Positions 51,525 through 64,000 of a stretch of 64,000 bases of DNA are shown here, piece after piece. A program made the translations under genes and the position numbers. The DNA is taken from NCBI RefSeq assembly GCF_006345805.1, contig NC_042998.1, positions 196,726,001 to 196,790,000 on the forward strand. The letters are read 5' to 3'. The notes under the pieces are model-generated. The model did no database searches. It was not told where the DNA came from and saw only the letters and a program-made list of their open reading frames with translations. This DNA comes from Octopus sinensis (taxonomy: Eukaryota). Every line of letters starts with the position of its first letter. The stretch's first letter is position 1.

Positions 51525-52439
51525 GTTGGGGTCCGTCTTCCATGCTGGTTTGGTTTGGACAGTTTGACAGGAGCTAAATATTAGTAATTCACACTAGATA
51601 CATACACAACGTATTGATTACCCATACTCTATTGACATCAATGAACGCTTGTAGTGATAACTGTCAATAAATTTGTCTAGCTAGTTAACACTATTCTGAG
51701 GCTAACACTTTTTACCACCACCGTCACCATCATTGCCGCTAAACTCTATCTACTTTGGCATGGTTTCTACGGTCTGATGCCCTTTCTAACGCCAACAACT
51801 TTACAGAGTGTACTGGGTGCTTTTTTTGCGTGGCACAAGCATCAGTGAGGTCACCAAATGATTTACAAGACATGAAGCCTTCCCTTCTCATATCAAGGGT
51901 GGGAGTAGTATTGAGGATGGTAGCTTTGTTGTTGGTGTGAGGTTAGAGCATGAGTAGTGGGGCAGAAGTAGGCGTTTTGCTATAAAGGAGATACATGGCT
52001 ACTTCTGTTGGAGAGAAGAGAAAAAGAGAGAAAGGAGGGGAGACAGAAGGGACAGAAGATGGTGAAGATATGACGGTGGGGGATACACTCAAATTACAGG
52101 GAGGTGTGCATAAATAGTGGGCCCGAAAATTGGATAGGGTAAGTGGGTGGTTAAGTTTGCAAGACTGCGGAAGGAGTGCAGCGAAGTAGAAGGGGAGAAG
52201 TTATCAAGAGGCTATGTTGTGAGGAAGAGTCAAAAGGGGATATTAGGGGACAGATGGGAGAAGAGTACAGCGCGGGTGGGAGGAGGGGAGGTGTTGGGAA
52301 GATGGGATCTGGGGCAGAGGTTTGTCAGAGACGACAAATCGCAGAACGGTGGGGGGGTTGCGCATGGATATAAAGGACATACCTTTCTGGTTTCGATTTT
52401 ACTTAGCTGGACAGGTCTTTTCAAACACAGCAAATCGCC

Positions 52440-52672
52440 AATTACTTCGGTCTTATGTCATGTCTGTGCGTCTCATCTTTAGATCAATTTTCATCACATA
52501 TCCTACATATTCTTAGATCTTTCTCTTCCATGGGTTCCATCCAAACATTTAGAGATCGGCTCTTTTATATGCAACTGTCTTCAACCATACACATCACATG
52601 CCCGTACCATCGCAGTCTTCTCTCTTGTACACTACACGTGATTCCTACTAGACCCAATCTTTCTCTCAACGT
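52440..52672 (-). pseudogene. RTE-clade LINE 3' coding fragment
   Basis: Minus strand reads LREKIG..., RRLRWYGHVMCMVEDSCI, matching the RTE RT C-terminus. An RTE-associated repeat (GGCATGGTTTCTACGG..GATGCCCTT.CTAACGCCAAC) lies at ~51755. Confidence 0.7.
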
Positions 52673-52821
52673 GTGTGTGTGTATATATATAATGTTTGTA
52701 TACGTGTGTGTGTATTTATAAGCCTATAATTTTATATATGTAATATAATATATATATAATGTGTATATATATATATATATAATATATATATATGTATATT
52801 ATATATATATATATATATATA

Positions 52822-52876
<55 letters not shown>

Positions 52877-53138
52877 GTATATATATATATATAATGTGTA
52901 TATATATATATATATTATATATATATATATAATAATAATAATAATAATATTAGGGAATAAATCCAAACTTACAGGAAAAATTAGATTTAGGATTAAATCC
53001 AATTTTATAGTATAAATATATATATAAATATATTATATTATATTATATTAAATTAGAGACAAAACCACTATTAGGCAAATCAAACAGTGAAAAACAACAA
53101 GCCAATACATAAAATTAATTAAAAATATAAAAGTTAAA

Positions 53139-53217
<79 letters not shown>

Positions 53218-53344
53218 CTGATAAAACTGCATCTTCACTCTCTGGAGAGAATGCGCGACAGGTATGTAATAATTTTACGTGTGGAAAACTTTAGAAGGGG
53301 CTAATACCTAATTTCGGCATTAAGTGTTATACAAATACAAGAAC

Positions 53345-53640
53345 TAGACGCCATTGTATTGTACCAAAGGTACCATCCATTCCATTTAAAGTACTGCTAT
53401 AGCCTAGGGTTCAAAGATCCACAGCTCTCCAATGCCCTGCCACAAGAATTAAGAAATCTACATAAGGTGGAAGTAGATGTCTGCAAAAAGAAATTAGATA
53501 TCCTCTCCACAATACCGGATGAACCAACAGGGCTACATGAGGTACAAACCAGGACAGCGGAATCAAGCCCTCTTATACAACAAATGCACCGACAGCTAGG
53601 GCCGCTGCCGTATGGTTGAAACGAGTAAAAGAGTAAGAGT
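53345..53640 (+). pseudogene. 3' end of a CR1/L2-like LINE whose tail resembles the SINE-B tail
   Basis: ORF 53359-53619 reads SLGFKDPQLSNALPQELRNL...KKKLDILSTIPDEP...AESSPLIQQM; ends GAAACGAGTAAAAGAGTAAGAGT. Confidence 0.75.
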
Positions 53641-53737
53641 ACACAAACACACGTATAATGATGAAAGGAAGAAAATGGAGAATTATGAATGTTTAAATAG
53701 TTAATTTGTATGATATAATGAAGTTGAAAGTTTTATA

Positions 53738-53980
53738 TCTACTACATATGTGGGAAATTCTGTCTGTGGGTGTGTTTGTGGAGTTGTTAGCTAAGTACTC
53801 CTGCATCGTTTTATCGATTTTGAGTAGAACTCATGTCTGGAAACCTCATGGCATACTCAGATTGTTGAAAAAAATGGATAATAGGGCCCCCGGAAGGGAT
53901 CCTTATATATATATATCTAATATATTAAAAAACAAGGGAAATAACCCATTTGCTCCTGGAAGGGATCCTTATAGCTAAGG
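53738..53980 (+). mobile_element. 5' fragment of the 16942-17892 Helitron-like family; a further internal fragment at 54790-54940
   Basis: TCTACTACATATGTGGG start and the shared CATGTCTGGAAACCTCATGGCATACTCAGATTGTTG block. Confidence 0.6.
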
Positions 53981-54202
53981 AAAATAACTTATAGGTAATA
54001 ATTATTATTAAAATTATAATTAAGGGTATCTAAAAGACACCACCATGCTAGAGAAATCAGTCAAATCTTGACTCTAAAACTACATACAGCACCAGGAGAA
54101 AATACCCTTTATTATAATTTTAATAATGATTATTACCTATAAGGTTTTTATTCCCATGCTGGTCACTTGATATGATCGGTACTTTAAATAACGATCTTGT
54201 CC

Positions 54203-54259
<57 letters not shown>

Positions 54260-55032
54260 TTATATATATATATAAATAATTATATATATATATATATATA
54301 TATAATGGAGACAATGCTGAAAATAAGCAAATAAAACTACTTAGGTTTGATGTACAAAATATATACAGGTATACATGTAAATAGAGAGAAAGCAAAGATT
54401 GAAAATTTTCAGACGATGAGTATTCAAGTGCAAATGTCTATGTAGATATTTATATATTAACAGAAAACTTACACAGAGTACAAATACACAGAAAAGTAAA
54501 GAGGAAAAGGTATTGTGTTATAAGTCCGACAACTGTTTCTGGGTGCTCGGAGTTACATCATAATGTTGACAGATGAAGTTCACCAGAATATGCAATCAGT
54601 AATGGAAGCAAAGAAACATAAAATAGATTCGACCTCCGTCTTCAGGGTGGATAGATAAAAATCTCTCTTTACATGTATACATGTCTATATATTCTGTATA
54701 TCAAACCCAAGCAATTTGACTTGGTTATTTGCATCATTGTCTCCATATCTGCACACCTGAATTTTTCTTGTAACCACTCTTTACCCCCGCATGTCTGGAA
54801 ACCTCATGGCATACTCAGATTGTTGAAAAAAATGGATAATAGGGCCCCTGGAAGGGATCCTTATGTATATCTAATATATTTTATTTTAAAAACCAAGGGA
54901 AATAACCCATTCGCTCCTGGAAGGGATCCTTATAGCCAAGGTAAAAGTTTCCGAGTGCAAGTTCAAATCATTTGAGCACTTCGAAGTGTTTTCTATATTG
55001 AGCATCTCTGGATATCATCTGTTGACTTTATA

Positions 55033-55071
<39 letters not shown>

Positions 55072-55196
55072 AATTAGAATTGTACAAGTGATTTCATGCA
55101 TCACTACTTTCTGTCAATACGTTTGTGCATATATGGATACATTATATATATATATACACACACGCATATATATGTACACATATACGCATATATATA

Positions 55197-55643
55197 CTTT
55201 TTTTAGTTGTTTCAGTCATTTGACTGCGGCCATGCTAGAGCACCGCCTTTAGTCGAGCAAATTGATCCTAGGACTTATTCTTTGTAAGCGTAGTACTTAT
55301 TCTATCGGTCCCTTTTGCCGAACCGCTAAGTTACGGGGACGTAAACACACCAGCATCGGTTGTCAAGCGATGTTGGGGGGACAAACATAGACACACAAAC
55401 ATATACACAGACACACAAATGCATATATATATATATATATATATATATACGTACACACACACACACATATATATATATACATATATACGACAGACTTCTT
55501 TCAGTTTCCGTCTACCAAATCCACTCACTAGGTTTTGGTCGGCCTGGGGCTATAGTAGAAGACACTTGCCCAAGATGCCACGCAGTGGGACTGAACCCGG
55601 AACCATATGGTTGGTAAGCAAGCTACTTACCACACAGCCACTC
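55197..55643 (-). mobile_element. SINE family B, full length
   Basis: Complete reverse-complement copy with central (TA/CA)n. Confidence 0.9.
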
Positions 55644-55671
55644 TACATTTACGCATACATACATACATACA

Positions 55672-55737
<66 letters not shown>

Positions 55738-56437
55738 CATATATATATATATGCGTGTGTGTGTTTCCACTGGTTTTCATATTTTTAGTTGTACTTTTTT
55801 ATTTTCCTGGAAAATATTCGTCATAATATTCTTGTATTCCTGTCACTGGTTCGATTTTTAAAGGAATTAGAGTATTAACGCATTTTCTTCTGCTTTCATA
55901 CTTTTACGTTACGTCTCTCTCTATGGCAAACACGACCTGATGTCATATTGTAATTTTTCTTTGTATCTAATTTAGTAGTTTGTCTTGATATCCTTTGTTG
56001 TTCCCAAAATGTGTGATGGGGTTGGGAGCTGAATTTAGTTGGTTTTAGTCTTATTGTATCCTTGGTAGCTTATTGTTTTTTATTAAGGAGACGTTTTTAA
56101 ACCATTCATCGTTTCTCTTGAGCGTGTTAGAGAGATCAAAGTCTGCGCTATTTATTCTTTATAGTTTTTGTACTGTTTTAATGTGGTGTCTTTTGGACGT
56201 CTGAAAAGAAATATATTTGATCTTTTGTGTTCTGTGAGAAAATATAGCTGTATCTTTGTTTTCACTGTATTTTCGCAGATTTTCTGCTATCTTTACTCTT
56301 ACACTGTGGGCCGTTTCCTTTTAAGAATGCGGAAAGATCGCCAAGAATACCTTATAGGCATTGTTTCGTTCGAAAGAATGTCTTCTTTGGTGATCATTCG
56401 GTACTAATAACATAACTGCTAATTATAAACCCACGTG

Positions 56438-56995
56438 GGTTTATTTACATTTGTGAAGAAAAAAAAAGATACCCTTCCCCAACCCCTAACCCTAACCCTA
56501 AATCAGATTGAAATGCAATAGATCGATACTAGGGCCATAATTATGGGTGACATTTTCATTTGATACCGCTAGAAAAGAATCCCATTTTCTGTAGCGGTGT
56601 CGTATGAAATTGTCACCCATAATTATAACCCTAGTATCGATCTATTGCATTTCAATCTATTTTAGATTTAGGATTAGAGTTAGGGTTAGGGTTAGGGGTG
56701 GGGTTAGAGTATCTTTTTTTCTTCACAAATGTAAATAAAACCAATCTGTTTCTTAAACGAGGGACATATTCATACAGTACGGAATGTTGTTTACGTCAAT
56801 GGAGGTAATCGATTGGTTAAAATTGCCGAAAAGCTCGAAATTTCAGACGAAATATCTTACAAACTATAGAATTTTCTCAATAAAGCCAAGAGAAAATGAT
56901 GTTTTATAAACACATTCTACCAGTATACGAAGTTTAAAACTTTTTAGTTACCTAGAAATTATGTTACAAAGTGCCGTTCAAAAGGAAAAGATCCG
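56438..56995 (-). mobile_element. Foldback MITE-like element: family-E end plus a 305-bp hairpin (56438-56742) with CCCTAA/TTAGGG repeats in each arm
   Basis: Arms pair through TTTACATTTGTGAAGAAAAA..GATAC, (CCCTAA)n, GATTGAAATGCAATAGATCGATACTAGGG and TAATTATGGGTGACA; loop at ~56577-56584. Confidence 0.8.
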
Positions 56996-57856
56996 TAAAC
57001 GGTACTGATATCGAAAGAATGCCGCTTACTTATATATAGGTTGACCTGTTGTCCCTAAATTCTTTTTCCATACATCTCATATGTAACACTACCATTCTAG
57101 TTTTGCAGTATATCTACGCGTTGGTTGTATACACTATGTAGTTGTCAGTGCGAGTATTTCCTTTCAATGGATATGAATTACAATAGGGACTCGATAGATC
57201 TGCCTGTTGTTCCTACTACTTAGGTTTTTAAGTTTTGTTTTATGTGGTGCTTTCCTAATTTGTGGGTTAGGTCACCTCTGGATGAGCATCGATACACGTC
57301 ACACATTGAAATTTGTTTTTGTTATTTCAGGAGTTTTCTTGTCTAGCTGTATTCCTTTTTGCTTTCCCGTCTGTTCCGAAATTTGCTCCGGTAATGAGGC
57401 ATACTTCATCTGCATCATTGCTAATGATAGTTTCAAACTTTTCCTGGTTCCTCTATATAGTCTGGTTCGATATTTTGGTGATATTCGGAGAATTGCATGT
57501 ATAAAACCCTGTACGTGCATTCTCAGTTCGCAGAGTGATAGATATGTGACAGAACTACACTGAACAGATTTTATGTGCCGAGTTCTCGGTACCGAGCACG
57601 AGCACGAGCACGAACACGAACACGAGCGGTTCATTGCCGGGGAGTAAGTCTGAGTACGACGAAGACCACGAGTGTGTGTGTCCGTGTGTTATCGACAAGG
57701 CACGAAGCGGCGATTTTATGTGCCGAGTTCTCGGTTATAGTAAAGGACTAGCCGCACTTTGTGGAGAAACTGATAGCACAAACCTAGTCTACGGTGTACA
57801 TTGAATTTCACGTACTGCACGCTTTGGGTTTTACATCGGACATATATATTTCTTTA

Positions 57857-58263
57857 CTGCCCACCAGGGGCTAAACATAGAGGGGACAAACAAGGACAGA
57901 CAAACGGATTAGGTCGATTATATCGACCCCACTGCGTAACTGGTACTTTATTTATCGACCCCGAAAGGATGAAAGGCAAAGTCGACCTCGGCGGAATTTG
58001 AACTCAGAACGTAACGACAGACGAAATACCTATTTCTTTGATTACCCACAAGGGGCTAAACACAGAGGGGACAAACAAGGACAGACATAGGTATTAAGTC
58101 GATTACATCGATCCCAGTGCGTAACTGGTACTTAATTTATCGACCCCGAAAGGATGAAAGGCAAAGTCGACCTCGGCGGAATTTGAACTCAGAACGTAAC
58201 GACAGACAAAATACCGTTAAGCATTTCGCCCGACGCGTTAACGTTTCTACCAGCTCGCCGCCT
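57857..58263 (-). mobile_element. SINE family A with duplicated core
   Basis: Reverse complement of the 5257-5654 structure. Confidence 0.85.
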
Positions 58264-58684
58264 TACATCGGACATATATGTTATATAAAATCACCGGGAA
58301 GTGCTACTGGTAACAAGCATGGTCGGGTCATCTCGACTAAACCGTCAAACCCATTAGTCTAACCTGGTGATGGTTTGCTAGAAACCAAGGACATGAGCAA
58401 ATCGTATCAAAGTGACTGGTGAATCTTCTGTGGGGTGAACGACCATCTAGCAATAGCGTAGGAACTTAGAAGTATCCGGGTTGTTATTCGGTGCTGCAAG
58501 CACACAGAGTCAAGCACTTCCTAGCTCTCGTTAAAGTGTTTCTAGGAGAAGGCTACTCCGATATAAAACCTGAGCGGTGATGTTCTGGGAAGTTGTGGTG
58601 CACGCACTTATAACACACTGAGCTATCTACTAACATCTTGGTAGGCTGGACGACGATTAGTAAAATAACTTGATCATAGACACA

Positions 58685-59075
58685 ATACCTTAGTGGAAGC
58701 ACTCCGTCGGTTACGACGACGAGGGTTCCGGTTGATCCGAATCAACGGAACAGCCTGCTCGTGAAATTAATGTGTAAGTGGCTGAGCACTCCACAGACAC
58801 GTGCACCCTTAACGTAGTTCTCGGGGATATTCAACGTGACACAGAGAATGACAAGGCCGGCCCTTTGAAATACAGGTACAACAGAAACAGGAAGTAAGAG
58901 TGAGAGAAAGTTGTGGTGAAAGAGTACAGCAGGGATCACCACCATCCCCTGCCGGAGCCTCGTGGAGCTTTAGGTGTTTTCGCTCAATAAACACTCATAA
59001 CGCCCGGTCTGGGAATCGAAACCGCGATCCTATGACCGCGAGTCCGCTGCCCTAACCACTGGGCCATTGTGCCTC
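58685..59075 (-). mobile_element. tRNA-derived SINE family C
   Basis: Minus-strand head GAGGCACAATGGCCCAGTGGTTAGGGCAGCGGACTCGCGGTC...GTTTCGATTCCCAGACC. Confidence 0.85.
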
Positions 59076-59417
59076 AGACACGATACAGTGATCTTGGCTA
59101 CTATTTTGTGGCACGTAACGTTTAGACAAATTGGTCTGTTGACTGCAAAGTGTCTGGGTCATGAACACTTTACAGTACTGTTCTCACTGTAGTATCTACT
59201 AACAATTAAGTTGACTGGACTGCTGATAGTAAAATACCTTGGTCATAGGTACAGTACAGTGGATTATACCACACTGGTGTATCTAGTTACACTGGGTATG
59301 ATTTATAATAGTGACTTGATAGATCTGCCTGTTTTTGTACTACTTATACTGGTTGTTGATCAATGAACATAGTGCAATAAACGATACTGCACTGTGATAC
59401 AGTTAGGTGCACTCAAC

Positions 59418-61698
59418 TATTACCGGGATTTTCCGAAAATCCGCTCAGGGCTGTTAAACAGAAAATTCTATTTTACAAAACTATTTCTTTTTTGGCTTAA
59501 ATAACCGACCAGCTATAAATAAGCGCCCATGGGTGGTAATATGGGAGTAAAATATTTCACCTATGAAAAACAAGGATATTCTCAAAAACCATGTTTATTT
59601 TATACAATTCCATTGAACTTCCATCGTTTCAGTTATCAGATATTTATAGACATAAAGAAACTGAAACAGCCTTAAAAGAAGTAGCATATTAGAAAATATT
59701 CTGAAGTTAATGGATCTATTAGGAAAATTAAACTGTTGGAAACATAAATAGAAGCCTCGTATGAACAAATATATTTCTTTCTTTATTGCCCACAAGGGGC
59801 TAAACATAGAGGGGACAAACAAGGACAGACAAAGGGATAAAGTCGATTACATCTACCCCAGTGAGTAACTGGTACTTAATTTATCGACCCCGAAAGGATG
59901 AAAGGCAAAGTCGACCTCGGCGGAATTTGAACTCACAACGTAGCGGCAGACGAAATACGGCTACGCATTTCGCCCGGCGTGCTAAAGCTTCTGCCAGCTC
60001 TGGGCATTTATGGTAGACTAATAACCGAATGGTTTCAAATTAAATATCACGAATTTCTTATTTTGTTGCTTGGCCATAATTCACATCAGAGCGAATTTCA
60101 TTTACTTGTATCTCATCATCTTCTTCAATTTTGTCATTATGTGCATCTGGTGCATTTACCTCATATGTGCATCTGGCACATTTACCTCAAGGCCAGACAA
60201 AACATCCTGTAAGCGTGAGTTTAAGAGGCTCTCTTCTACAGTCTGTCCTCAAGGAGCAATTCCACAACATTCAAAAGCACGCTTTATAGTTTCTTTATTT
60301 GAAGTGGCAACAACTTTGGTCACAAAGTTCACTATCTCTTGATAAGAAAGTTTTTGTGATATCCTTTATTTGTATACTCCTTTTTACCATTTGAAAACCA
60401 GTTCTCCTATTCAGCACGAAGAGCTTTCTTCAAAGGACCAATAACTGATACATCTAACGGCTGCAAGTAAGATGTTGTTTTAGGAGGTATAAGTTTGAGA
60501 ATTTTATTCCTACGTCTGAACGCTTCTAGGAGTTTTGTTTTCTTGTGTACTGAGCATTCATCCATGAATAGCACTGAATTTTGAGCATGGAATTGTGCTG
60601 TTCTCTGCCCAAACACTTTATTAGCCCACAGTTGCATGAGTTCATATGTGATTGATCTCCTGTTGGAGACTATTAAGTAGATATTCTTTGGGACCTTGAT
60701 GTTAGGCACGTTTTTCAATCCTTTAAGGATAATCATTGTTTTCAACACCTTTCCTGCAGCATTAACACACAACACAGCAGTGAAACGAGCTTTGGTAGCA
60801 CCACAGTGGCTAGCATCTACATTTTTACTGCCAACAAAGTCGATGGTTGTTGAACTCAACATGTCAACGTCTACAGGTATTTCATCCATATTATAAATCT
60901 GGTCAGCATCCTCATCTGCTGTTAATCCTGGAATGCTATCTAGATAGTCACTGGCGATTTGTGCCTTCAGGTGTTTTATTGTCTGCTTGACCAACATGTG
61001 TAAATCTTTCTCACAGTTAGTTTAATCCTTTTCATGAAATTGAAAATCCATTTATCAGAACATCCAAAGCTGTTCATTTCAATTCCAAACCTTTTTTACC
61101 AGTTCAAAAGTATATTCCCGTAAACAGCGATAATTTACAATTATATTGTTTGCACCCTGAACAACAGTCCTCTGTAAGGGTTCAATCCCTAGATCCCTAT
61201 GTGCTGGTCCTCTACCTCCACCAATTGATCTGCATCTCCTCTTGTCCGACATATGGATTAACTCAGTTTCTTTTGTACGCCATTCTCTCAATTGTTTTCT
61301 ATCAATACCTAAGTCTCTTGACGCAGCAGATAAATTGCCAGAATGTTCTTTCGCTCATTTAATACCACTCAATTTACTTTTCAAAAATTCCAATTCTAAA
61401 GGGTCGAAACAAACCCGAGCAACGCCGGGTGATACTGCTAGTGCAAAATAAATTACAGAAAACAAGTTCACAGATCGGGGTAGTTGAACACGTTTTGATA
61501 TATTTTCTTTGGACTTCATTATTGGGAATAAAATTCCTTTGAATTTATCTACAAACGTAGAGCAAATGAACGTCTCAACAGAATGCGAACAAGAACACTA
61601 ACTCTGTTTCAGATTTTAACCTCATATACCCGCCCATCCAAATAAACGCCCATGGGCGATCTAATGGATGGGCGGATTTTCGGAAAACCCCGATAATA
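59418..61698 (-). mobile_element. pogo/Tigger-type DNA transposon with TIRs; decayed transposase ~60190-61370; nested SINE-A (59772-60001) and Helitron 3' fragment (61373-61441)
   Basis: TIRs TATTACCGGGATTTTCCGAAAATCCGC / GCGGATTTTCGGAAAACCCCGATAATA. ORF 60407-60997 gives IYNMDEIP, RFTAVLCVNAAG, VLFMDECSVH and IPPKTTSYLQPLDV (DDE_1). Upstream HTH-like AASRDLGIDRKQLREW and SDKWIFNFMKR. Confidence 0.9.
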
Positions 61699-61869
61699 GT
61701 GGTTGCTCATCCTCCTAATGTTCCCTCGTTACACACACACACACATACCCACACACACAACCCCCCACAGACAACCCCCCACAGACAACCCCCCCCCCAC
61801 ACAATTGTGTATTTCACTTGTATAAAACTACCCCGATCTGTGAACTTGTTTTCTGTAATTTATTTTGCA

Positions 61870-62261
61870 CTAGCAGTATCGCCCGGCGTTGCTCGGGTTT
61901 GTTTCGACACTTTAGAATTGGAATTTTTGAAAAGTAAAAATTTTGCATTATGTAACTTGTTATTCTCTTTAAGTGAACATTTTTCTGGTCGAAATACACC
62001 GAAAAATGGCAACACAGCAGTCAAAAAATCGTAAAAAATAGGGATTTTCATAGAAAAAAAAAGCACCTTTTTGATGTAAATAATTTTTGGTGTTAACATG
62101 TTCCGATTTAAATTTCATCTTCTACGGAAGGAAGAGGAAGCCTTCTTCTATCATACTCTCAATTTTGGTCAACTTGCGCCGCAGGGTCTCGGAGGAGATA
62201 GTGTTAGATGAAGGCTACCAAACCTGCCATACACAAACAACGTCAGCTTTATATATAGAGA
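61870..62261 (-). mobile_element. 392-bp non-autonomous Helitron (same family as 20773-21164)
   Basis: Minus strand A|TCTCTATATATAAAGCTG ... CCCGAGCAACGCCGGG ... CTAG|T. Confidence 0.85.
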
Positions 62262-62523
62262 TATATATTCCAATAACGTCACAGCTTATGAATGGCGTCT
62301 GCATGAGGTAAGGAAAGAGGATTATGGATTTTAAGCTTCGAACAATATTTCTTCCCAGGGATTAGCAAGTATAAAGTTTTCCAATCTTTGTTGCTATACG
62401 TACACTTTACCAAGGGATATACGCCCTCTTCATATATTGTTTTTTTAAAACCTATTATCTTAATCAAATTTAAACTTAATATCGCATCCAGCAATATGCT
62501 TTTCTTTATAAAAAAAGAAAAAC

Positions 62524-62900
62524 GGCGCAGGAGTGGCTATGTGGTAAATAGCTTGCCTACCAACCACATGGTTTTGGGTTCAGTCCGACTGCGTGGCATC
62601 TTGGGCAAGTGTCTTCTGTTATAGCCTCGGGCCAACCAATGCCTTGTGAGTGGATTTGGTAGACGGAAACTGAAAGAAGCCTGTCGTATATATGTATATG
62701 TATGTATGTGTATGTATGTGTTTGTGTGTCTGTGTTTGTCCCTCTAGCATTGCTTGACAACCGATGCGGTTCGGCAAAAGAGACCGATAGAATAAGTACT
62801 GGGCTTACAAAGAATAAGTCCCGGGGTCGATTTGCTCGACTAAATGGCGGTTCTCCAGCATGGCCGCAGTCAAATGACTGAAACAAGTAAAAGAGTAAAA
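62524..62900 (+). mobile_element. SINE family B with a short internal deletion
   Basis: GGCGCAGGAGTGGCTATGTGG head through the AGTAAAAGAG tail. Confidence 0.9.
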
Positions 62901-63440
62901 GAGAGAGTAAAAAAAAGAGAAAAATGGGTTATTTATGTAGATTAGTGCCCCCTATATTAAATTGTTATGGGAATTACTAAAGAAAGCAAGGTTTTATTTA
63001 ATGAAATTATACAGGACCTTGGCAGGTCATCAATCATGTTTCTGCCCGCTGATGTCCTATTTCATGTCCTATTCCTATTCTAGACCCAACAAAGATTTCA
63101 AAAAAAAATTGTTTATAAAATATAAGTCTCCTGTCTGATTTATGTATTTACATTTCAAAGTAAACTACGAACCCACTAAACATCCAGCACCTCTCATAGT
63201 GCCCTCCTGCACTTAAGGTTTTTCACGACCTTGTGTGATCACAAGGTGTGCAGTTGGTTGTCTAGATGAAAAAAACTATTGTATTAAACGAACGTAAATG
63301 TAAGCAAGAGATATTATTTAACCCTAGGAAAATCTCTGGCGCGAAAAACCTCGTTTCTATTTATTGCCTTTAATGTGACACACATCACAAATTCTGGCAG
63401 CGGTTTCAGGAAAATATCCTTCACTGCATGAGTCATTTGT

Positions 63441-63492
<52 letters not shown>

Positions 63493-63705
63493 TGTTTGTG
63501 TTTGCGTGTGTGTGTGTGTGTGTGGTGCGTGTGTGTGTGTGAGTGTGTGTGTGTGCGCTTTTCTGGTCAGTGACTGTAGTTGCTCACACTAATTGCGTAT
63601 TTGAAATTAATATCTATATATATATGTCTATATATGTTTATATACACTGCATATATATATATTTGTTTATATACGAATATATATGTGTGTGTATATATAT
63701 ATATA

Positions 63706-63827
63706 TTGGCCTGCTCGCTTAGCCAGCGGGGTGGCATCATTCGAAGGCTAAAAAACAATGCGAACGCATTGTGACCAGCGATGTGTAACTACATCTGATG
63801 GACTGGTCGGTCACGTGATCACGTGAT
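63706..63827 (+). mobile_element. SINE family C variant, 3' fragment
   Basis: Near-identical to 44281-44400. Confidence 0.8.
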
Positions 63828-64000
63828 ATATATATATATATATACACACACACATACACACACATTACACATATATGTGTGTGTATATATATATACATGC
63901 TAATATAAAAAGTTTACTTCGTACCTTTTGTAGAATATGTATGTACAGGATGTGCCAAAAGTTGGTTTACAGTTATTCAATTATCTCTTTCGCATCCATA

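Noticed and set aside
54525-54652. Minus-strand CTGAAGA-CGGAG...CTCCG...GAAAC-AGTT-GTC as a hammerhead
   Set aside because: Extra bases lie between stem II and GAAA, and stem I is only 2 bp; at most an old relic.
56478-56700. Telomere or chromosome-end signature
   Set aside because: Only a few CCCTAA/TTAGGG units, internal to a repeat hairpin.
57567-57735. 24-bp repeat pair as a CRISPR repeat
   Set aside because: Only two copies, a 121-bp spacer, and a eukaryotic context.
63207-63253. Hairpin ACCTTGTG-tgat-CACAAGGT with outer CTGCAC/GTGCAG as a pre-miRNA
   Set aside because: The stem is too short and has a 15-nt one-sided bulge.

Overview
Repeat-saturated, AT-rich animal genomic DNA with no intact host gene visible. 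The SINE families and microsatellite load look like Octopus (identified from recall, not a search). It holds at least four tRNA-derived SINE families, very long TATG/TACA, TA, CTAT and CAC microsatellites, RTE and CR1/L2-like LINE fragments, Merlin, pogo and mariner remnants, non-autonomous Helitrons and a 100-N gap. The main signal is a Penelope-like element (PLE) and hammerhead ribozyme (HHR) cluster at 27.4-44.9 kb. (i) A 5'-truncated RT+GIY-YIG PLE sits in the (TA)n core of a SINE and ends in a type I HHR. (ii) A 9.3-kb palindrome is built from a second PLE and its inverted copy, with a type I HHR near each end. (iii) A ~280-bp non-coding miniature has the same design: two divergent HHR-like motifs, an inverted arm about 70 nt shorter than the main arm, and (TA)n flanks. 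HHR-bearing PLEs are known. The miniature palindromic form and the apparent (TA)n targeting are the observations most worth testing. All alignments, identities and folds were done by eye, so boundaries are approximate.
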